From: Pseudomonadota bacterium
GTDB taxonomy: Bacteria; Pseudomonadota; Alphaproteobacteria; Rhizobiales; Tepidamorphaceae
Assembly (NCBI GenBank): GCA_023458595.1
Contig: JAEWYT010000121.1
Span: 2,983 to 66,982, forward strand
Direction: 5' to 3'
Length of the DNA stretch: 64,000 bases
Shown: positions 58,505 to 64,000 of the stretch, one piece after another
Layout: each line of letters opens with the position of its first letter
How positions within the stretch are numbered: the stretch's first letter is position 1
Notes under the pieces: generated by a model
Database searches by the model: none
Seen by the model: the letters and a program-made list of their open reading frames with translations, nothing else
Told to the model about the DNA's origin: nothing
Program-made: the position numbers and the translations under genes

Positions 58505-59341
58505 ATGCCGATCGAACGAAAGAACATCCTCGAGAAGTTCCGCGCCATGATCGCGAGCGGCGAGCCGATCATCGGCGGCGGCGCGGGGACGGGCCTTTCC
58601 GCGAAGTGCGAGGAGGCCGGCGGCATCGATCTGATCGTGATCTACAATTCCGGGCGTTACCGGATGGCCGGTCGAGGTTCGCTGGCCGGACTTCTGGCCT
58701 ACGGCGACGCCAACCAGATCGTTGTCGAGATGGCCTCCGAGGTACTGCCCGTCGTGAAGCGCACGCCGGTACTCGCCGGCGTCAACGGCACCGACCCGTT
58801 CCGACTGATGGACGTCTTCCTCGACGAACTCAAGCGCATCGGCTTCTCGGGGGTGCAGAACTTCCCGACGGTCGGCCTCTTCGACGGCACGTTCCGCTCA
58901 AATCTGGAAGAGACCGGCATGTCCTATGGCCTCGAGGTCGACATGATCGGCAAGGCGCGCGCCAAGAACATGCTGACGACGCCTTACGTCTTCAACGAGG
59001 CTGACGCGGCGGCGATGGCGAAGGCCGGCGCCGACATCGTCGTCTGCCACCTGGGCCTCACCACCGGCGGCTCGATCGGCGCGGAGACCGCGCTCAAGCT
59101 CAAGGACTGCCCGGCCAAGGTCGACGCGTGGGCGGAGGCCGCCCTCAAGGTCAACAAGGATGTGATCGTGCTCGTCCACGGCGGCCCCGTCGCCATGCCG
59201 GACGACGCGCGCTTCATCCTCAAGGAAACGCGCAACTGTCACGGCTTCTACGGCGCCTCCTCGATGGAGCGCCTGCCGACGGAGGTCGCGCTGACGGAAC
59301 AAACGCGCCGGTTCAAGGAAATCGGCCGCAAGCATGGGTAA
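58505..59341 (+). CDS. Phosphoenolpyruvate hydrolase-like TIM-barrel protein (partner domain of Tm-1-type proteins)
   Basis: 278 aa with [33 protein letters not shown] and [12 protein letters not shown] motifs. It lies directly downstream of the UPF0261-containing gene. Confidence 0.75.
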   Translation: MPIERKNILEKFRAMIASGEPIIGGGAGTGLSAKCEEAGGIDLIVIYNSGRYRMAGRGSLAGLLAYGDANQIVVEMASEVLPVVKRTPVLAGVNGTDPFRLMDVFLDELKRIGFSGVQNFPTVGLFDGTFRSNLEETGMSYGLEVDMIGKARAKNMLTTPYVFNEADAAAMAKAGADIVVCHLGLTTGGSIGAETALKLKDCPAKVDAWAEAALKVNKDVIVLVHGGPVAMPDDARFILKETRNCHGFYGASSMERLPTEVALTEQTRRFKEIGRKHG

Positions 59342-59391
59342 CGGCAGGGGGTAGTCATGACGCTGCCGCTACCGGTTCGGGAGGAAAGACC

Positions 59392-62300
59392 ATGACTGGA
59401 CAGATCATTGGCCAGATCATCCTTTGGCTGATCGTCGCCGTAGTCGCGATCGCCATCATCTACTGGGTGATGAACAGGCTCTACCGCCGCTCCACCAAGG
59501 AGGTCGCGTTCGTCAGGACCGGTTTCCTCGGCGAGAAGGTCGTCATCGACGGCGGCGCGTTCGTCTGGCCCATCATCCACGACATCACGCCGGTGAACAT
59601 GAACACCGTGCCGCTGGAGGTCATCCGCGCCAGGGAGGAGGCGTTGATCACCCGCGACCGTATGCGCGTCGACGTCGAATCCGAGTTCTACATCCGGGTG
59701 AAGCCGACGAAGGAGGCCGTCTCCCGTGCCGCCGCCACCCTCGGTCGCCGCACCCTCGACACCGAGTACTTGAACAACCTCCTGTCGTCGAAGTTCGAGT
59801 CGGCCCTGCGCGCGGTCGCCGCCGACATGACCATGGCCGAGATGCACGAGCAGCGCGGCGCCTATGTCGCCCGCGTCAAGGAAGCCGCCCTCGAGGACAT
59901 GGCGACCAACGGTCTCGAGCTCGAGTCGGTGGCGATCATGGACATCGACCAGACGAGCCTCGAGTTCTTCAATCCTTCCAACCGCTTCGACGCCGAAGGT
60001 CTGACGGCCCTCATCAAGGACATCGAGGACCGCCGCAAGCTGCGCAACGACATCGAGCAGGACTCGATGATCCTGATCCGCGCGCGCAATCTCGAGGCCG
60101 AGAAGCAGGCCCTCGCGATCGAGCGGGAGAGCGAGGAAGCCCGGCTCGAGCAGGAACGCGACGTCGAGTTCCGCCGCGCCCAGCAGCGCGCCGAACTGGC
60201 TCGTGAACGTGCCGAGCGCGAGCGCGAGGCCGAGGAGGCGCAGATCGGCGCCCGCGAGGTCGTCGAGCGCGCCCGCATCGCCACCGACCAGTCCGTCACC
60301 TCGACGCGCATTCAGTCGGAGCGCGAGATCCGCCAGCGCGAGATCGAGCGCCAGCAGGCGATCGACTCCGCCGAGATCAAGTCGCGCGAGGAGATCGAGA
60401 AGGCCCGCATCCTGCAGGAGAGGGCGGTGCAGGAAGCCCGTATCGTCAACGAGCAGGAGACGCAGTCGCGCGACATCGCCCGCCGGCGCGCTATCGAGGA
60501 GGCCGAGATCGCCGCCCGCGAGGCGACCGAGCGTGCCCGTATCGAGCAGGAACGCGCCGTCCAGGAAGCCCGTATCGTCAACGAGCAGGAGACGCAGGCC
60601 CGCGAGATCATCCGCCGCCGCACGATCGAGGAGGCGGAGATCACTGCCCGGGAGGCGATCGAGCGCGCCCGCATCGAACAGGAACGGGCGATCCAGGAAT
60701 CCCGCATCGCCAACGAGCAGGAGACGCAGGCCCGCGAGATCACCCGCCGGCGCGTGCTCGAGGAGGCCGAAATCGCCGCTCGCGAATCGACCGAGCGGGC
60801 CCGCATCGAGCAGCAGCGGATCATCGAGGAAGCCCGTATCGCACAGGAACTGTCGGTCACCGACGCGCGTATCGCGAGCGAGGAGGAGACGCGCCGGCGC
60901 GAGATCGAGCGCAACCGGGCGATCGAGGCCGCCGAGATCGCCGCGCGCGAGGCGACCGAGAAGCTCAGGATCGCCGAGGCCGCCGGTGTCAACGAGGAGC
61001 GCATCTCGACAGACCGGCACATCCGCGAGTTGGAGATCGAGCGCCAGCGGGTCCTGGAAGAGGCCGAGATCGCCGCGACCCAGGCGACCGAAGCCGCCCG
61101 TATCGCCCGCGAGAAGCGGATCTCCGCCGAGCGTATCGCCTACGAGCAGGACGTGCGCGAACGCGAGATCGCCCGCGCCCGCGCGGTGGACACGGCAGAG
61201 ATCGCCGCGCGCCAGACTGTCGAGGCACAGCGGATCGAGGTTGACGCGAAGATCGATCAGGAGCGCATCGCCAAGCGGGAGGCGACCGTGCTCGCCGAGA
61301 CGGCGTCGGTGCTGAAGACCGAGGCCGCCGGCATCGAGCGGCAGAAGACGATAGAGATCGAGCGTATCGCGGCCGGCACCGAGACGCGCACCCGCGAGAT
61401 CGAGCGCAACGAGGTCATCGAGAGCCAGGAAGTCGCCTCCCGGCGCACCGTCGACCAGGTCCGCATCGAGAAGGAGCTCGAGACCTCGCGCGACAAGGTC
61501 CGGCGCGACGAGGAACTGCGCAATCTGGAGATCGCCCGCAACAAGGTGCTGGACGAGGCGGCGATCGCCGCCGAGCAGGCCGTGGAGGCGGCGCGCATCT
61601 CGCAGAAGAAGTCGCTGGACGCCGAGCGCATCGCCGCCGAGCAGGACGTGCGGCAGCGCGAGATCGCCCGCGAGGAAGCCGTCGAGACGAGCGACCTGCT
61701 GCGCCGCGACGCCGTCGAGCGCCAGCGCATCGGCGTCGAACTGGGCCTCGAGGAGGAGCGCATCACCTCGCAGAAGCAGCGCGAGGTTCTCGACATCAAT
61801 CGCAAGAGGGAGGTCGAGGAAGCCGACGAGAGCCGTATCATCGAGATCGCGGCCATCAAGGGCCAGCGCGCGGAAGCCGACGCAAGGCTGCGGCGCACCG
61901 AGATCGCGGCCAAGCGCGACGTCGAGACGACCGACGTACAGCGCGAGCAGGCGCTCGACGCGGCGAAGCTCGAGCGCAGGCGGTCGATCGAGCAGCTCGA
62001 GATCGCCCGCGTGCAGGCCCTGCGCGAAGCCGAGATCGCCTCGCACGAGGACATCGAGCGCGCCCGCATCGCCTCCGAGCGCGGCCTCGACGACGCCCGC
62101 ATCGGCCACGAGACCGCGCGCCGTCGCCTCGAGGTGCAGCGCGAGCGCGACGTCGAGACCGCGAAGATGGAGAAGGCGATCGCGCTCTACCAGAAATCTC
62201 TCGAGGAATCCGCCGCGCAGATCGAGGCCGATCTTGCCCGCGCACGCGCCGCAGAAGCCGAGGAGCAGGTCAAGACGACCCGCGAGACCGAGGAGGCCAA

Positions 62301-62889
62301 CCGCCGCAAGACGATCGATGTGCTCATGGCGCAGAAGGCCGCCGAGCAGGAGAAGATCGCGGCCGCCGCCGAAAAGGTTCGCCGTGCGGTCGAGGCCGAG
62401 GCCCAGCGTCTCATCAACGAGGCGGAGAACATCCTCACCGACGGCGCCCGCGCCTCGCTGTTCAAGCGCAAGCTGCTCGACCGCGTGGAGGGTATCGTCG
62501 CCGCCTCCGTCAAGCCCCTGGAGAAGATCAACGACATCCGCATCGTGCAGATGGACGGTCTCGGCCAGAACGGCGGCGGGATCGGCGGCAGCCCGACCGA
62601 CGAGGTGATCAACTCGGCGCTGCGCTACCGCGTGCAGGCGCCGCTGATCGACAGCCTGCTGTCGGAGATGGGTATCGAGGGCGCGAACCTGGCGAAACAG
62701 GCCGGCCTGATCCGAGAGGCCTCGGACATGCAGCGCATCGCCAAGGAGGCCGGACGGCCATCGGGGAGCGGCGGTGGCGGTGAAGGCGGCGGCTCGGGCG
62801 GCGGATCCGGCGGCGGGGGCAGCGGCGGATCCGGCGGCGGCTCGAAGTCCGGCGGTTCCCGGTCACGCCGCGGCCAGAAGGGCGAATGA
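59392..62889 (+). CDS. Giant flotillin/SPFH (band-7) family membrane-scaffold protein with an expanded hendecad-based coiled-coil repeat region and a Gly/Ser tail
   Basis: 1165 aa. I prefer the ATG at 59392 with a GGGAGGAAAG RBS. It has an N-terminal TM helix (IIGQIILWLIVAVVAIAIIYWV) and an SPFH domain (VAFVRTGFLGEKVVIDGGAFVWPIIHDITPVNMNTVPLEV). A very long Glu/Arg/Ala/Ile-rich repeat region follows, then a flotillin-type C-terminal region (LLDRVEGIVAASVKPLEKINDIRIV). Confidence 0.8.
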   Translation: MTGQIIGQIILWLIVAVVAIAIIYWVMNRLYRRSTKEVAFVRTGFLGEKVVIDGGAFVWPIIHDITPVNMNTVPLEVIRAREEALITRDRMRVDVESEFYIRVKPTKEAVSRAAATLGRRTLDTEYLNNLLSSKFESALRAVAADMTMAEMHEQRGAYVARVKEAALEDMATNGLELESVAIMDIDQTSLEFFNPSNRFDAEGLTALIKDIEDRRKLRNDIEQDSMILIRARNLEAEKQALAIERESEEARLEQERDVEFRRAQQRAELARERAEREREAEEAQIGAREVVERARIATDQSVTSTRIQSEREIRQREIERQQAIDSAEIKSREEIEKARILQERAVQEARIVNEQETQSRDIARRRAIEEAEIAAREATERARIEQERAVQEARIVNEQETQAREIIRRRTIEEAEITAREAIERARIEQERAIQESRIANEQETQAREITRRRVLEEAEIAARESTERARIEQQRIIEEARIAQELSVTDARIASEEETRRREIERNRAIEAAEIAAREATEKLRIAEAAGVNEERISTDRHIRELEIERQRVLEEAEIAATQATEAARIAREKRISAERIAYEQDVREREIARARAVDTAEIAARQTVEAQRIEVDAKIDQERIAKREATVLAETASVLKTEAAGIERQKTIEIERIAAGTETRTREIERNEVIESQEVASRRTVDQVRIEKELETSRDKVRRDEELRNLEIARNKVLDEAAIAAEQAVEAARISQKKSLDAERIAAEQDVRQREIAREEAVETSDLLRRDAVERQRIGVELGLEEERITSQKQREVLDINRKREVEEADESRIIEIAAIKGQRAEADARLRRTEIAAKRDVETTDVQREQALDAAKLERRRSIEQLEIARVQALREAEIASHEDIERARIASERGLDDARIGHETARRRLEVQRERDVETAKMEKAIALYQKSLEESAAQIEADLARARAAEAEEQVKTTRETEEANRRKTIDVLMAQKAAEQEKIAAAAEKVRRAVEAEAQRLINEAENILTDGARASLFKRKLLDRVEGIVAASVKPLEKINDIRIVQMDGLGQNGGGIGGSPTDEVINSALRYRVQAPLIDSLLSEMGIEGANLAKQAGLIREASDMQRIAKEAGRPSGSGGGGEGGGSGGGSGGGGSGGSGGGSKSGGSRSRRGQKGE
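60307..62170 (+). repeat. In-frame tandem repeat array inside the flotillin gene: 132-nt (44-codon) units, about 14 copies of decaying similarity
   Basis: Successive units start at 60307, 60439, 60571 and 60703, an exact 132-nt spacing (CGTATCGTCAACGAGCAGGAGACGCAG...). Each unit splits into four 11-residue sub-repeats. One extra 33-nt (11-aa) insertion lies at 60835-60867. Confidence 0.8.
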
Positions 62890-62892
62890 GCG

Positions 62893-63330
62893 ATGGCCCG
62901 CGTCTTCATATCGAGCGTGATCTCCGCCCCCGTCGTCCGTGTCTGGGAGCGCGTGCGTGACTTCAACGCCCTGCCGCGCTGGCATCCGGCGATCCGCGAA
63001 AGCCGCATCGAGAACGGCGAGCCGTCCGACAAGGTCGGCTGCGTGCGCGACTTCCGCCTGCAGAACGGGGACCGGATCCGGGAGAGGCTGCTCGGTCTCT
63101 CCGACTACGACTACTTCTGCACGTACTCGATCCTCGAAAGCCCGATGCCGCTCACGAACTACGTGGCGACGCTGCGGCTTACTCCCGTCACCGACGGCGA
63201 CCGGACCTTCGCGGAATGGTCGGCCGAGTTCGACTGCGCGCCGGAGGCGGCGAACGACCTCGTCGGCGGCATCGGCATGAATGTCTTTCAGGCCGGCTTC
63301 GACAGCCTCAAGAGGCATTTCGGAGGCTGA
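62893..63330 (+). CDS. SRPBCC (START/Bet v1/polyketide cyclase-like) family protein, copy A
   Basis: 145 aa (VISAPVVRVWERVRDFNALPRWHPAI...PSDKVGCVRDF...LTPVTDGDRTFAEW). Starts 3 nt after the flotillin stop. Confidence 0.75.
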   Translation: MARVFISSVISAPVVRVWERVRDFNALPRWHPAIRESRIENGEPSDKVGCVRDFRLQNGDRIRERLLGLSDYDYFCTYSILESPMPLTNYVATLRLTPVTDGDRTFAEWSAEFDCAPEAANDLVGGIGMNVFQAGFDSLKRHFGG

Positions 63331-63336
63331 CGGGCG

Positions 63337-63798
63337 ATGGTGAAGGTGGTCAAGAGCACGATCATGGACGCCCCCGTCGAGGCGGTATGGGACGTGCTGC
63401 GCGATTTCAACGGCCACGACCAGTGGCATCCGGCTGTTGCCGACAGCGCCATCGAGCGGGGCCTGCCGTCCGACAAGGTCGGCTGCGTGCGCCGGTTCCA
63501 TCTCGCCGACGGCTCGGAGCTGCGCGAGCAGTTGCTGACGCTCTCCGACGCGGACATGGCCTTCTCCTACTGCCTGCTCGACACGCCGGTGCCGCTCCTG
63601 AACTACGTCGCCCACGTTCGCCTCATTCCCGTGACCGACGGCGACCGCACCTTCTGGCACTGGGAGTCGCGCTTCGACACGCCCGAGGGCCGCGAGGAGG
63701 AGCTCGCCGGCATGGTCGGCGAACAGATCTACGAGGGCGGCTTCGCCGCCGTTCGCGAGTTCATGGGGCTCGGCCCCGCCGATACGGGAGAAACCTGA
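63337..63798 (+). CDS. SRPBCC family protein, copy B (tandem paralogue)
   Basis: 153 aa, roughly half identical to copy A by eye. The two copies share an identical 27-nt block, CCGTCCGACAAGGTCGGCTGCGTGCGC (63023-63049 and 63464-63490). Confidence 0.75.
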   Translation: MVKVVKSTIMDAPVEAVWDVLRDFNGHDQWHPAVADSAIERGLPSDKVGCVRRFHLADGSELREQLLTLSDADMAFSYCLLDTPVPLLNYVAHVRLIPVTDGDRTFWHWESRFDTPEGREEELAGMVGEQIYEGGFAAVREFMGLGPADTGET

Positions 63799-64000
63799 TG
63801 CCGGTGCGCGTCGAAACCTTTTCGGCGGTCGACCAGGCCGCCGGAGCGCTGGCCTCCAACGCGTCGGCGCGCATGTTCGGCGGCGGTACGCTGCTGATGC
63901 GCGCCGTCAATGAGGCCGACCAGTCCTTCGACACGCTGATCCGCGTGACCGATCCGGCGCTCAGGGAGATCCGTGTCGAGGGCGACGCGGTCGTCGTCGG
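63798..64000 (+). CDS. N-terminal part of a second molybdenum-hydroxylase FAD-binding (CoxM/XdhB-like) subunit; continues beyond the window
   Basis: The ATG overlaps the upstream TGA (TGATG). My own translation is MPVRVETFSAVDQAAGALASNASARMFGGGTLLMRAVNE..., with the GGGT-LL FAD-binding (PCMH) signature. The frame is open to the window end. Confidence 0.6.
   Translation, partial: MPVRVETFSAVDQAAGALASNASARMFGGGTLLMRAVNEADQSFDTLIRVTDPALREIRVEGDAVVV

Noticed and set aside
59128-59391. Upstream in-frame extension of the flotillin ORF
   Set aside because: It overlaps the end of the PEP-hydrolase-like gene. The ATG at 59392 has a GGGAGGAAAG RBS and starts directly with the TM helix.
59248-62109. 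953-aa ORF antisense to the flotillin repeat region
   Set aside because: The reverse complement of the Glu/Arg/Ala codon repeats yields a Leu/Asp/Gly/Ala-rich mirror ORF. The sense frame has a TM helix, an SPFH domain and an RBS, and the antisense frame has none.

Overview
Dense, high-GC coding sequence whose gene content looks alphaproteobacterial (Rhizobiales-like; this is inference only). I support about 57 CDS and found no rRNA, tRNA, CRISPR array, integrase or transposase by eye.

Left to right:
- 2-6282: six-gene Hyf/Hyc-type (group-4 hydrogenase / complex-I-like) membrane module. Its large subunit has lost the canonical [NiFe] cysteine ligands.
- ~6.3-8.2 kb: a sharply AT-rich insert with a truncated class-3 lipase remnant and a 366-aa orphan membrane protein.
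- Rrf2 regulator plus sbp-cysTWA sulfate importer, then an Amj/DUF2837-like membrane protein.
- bkd branched-chain 2-oxoacid dehydrogenase operon (E1 alpha, E1 beta, E2, E3).
- AhpD-like gene, TRAP transporter, and an extradiol dioxygenase / flavin hydroxylase / FAH hydrolase / IclR aromatic-type cluster.
- Minus-strand sugar-type ABC operon with two strictosidine-synthase-like beta-propellers, one fused to a permease.
- LysR regulator, then an isochorismatase / N-formylglutamate amidohydrolase / GS-like / GGT-like cluster.
- CoxMSL-ordered molybdenum hydroxylase plus a MoaD/ThiS-like GG protein.
- Complete hypABCDEF operon.
- Liv-type ABC system whose LivF ATPase is fused to a Tm-1-like UPF0261 domain, followed by a PEP-hydrolase-like TIM barrel.
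- A 1165-aa flotillin/SPFH protein with about 14 tandem 44-residue (4 x 11) repeats, tightly packed with two SRPBCC paralogs and the start of a second Mo-hydroxylase.

The best candidates for undescribed biology are the ligand-less hydrogenase-like complex set against the nearby hyp operon, the giant flotillin / SRPBCC / Mo-hydroxylase operon, the two transporter-enzyme fusions, and the AT-rich orphan island.

All family calls come from reading the ORF translations by eye. No database search was run.
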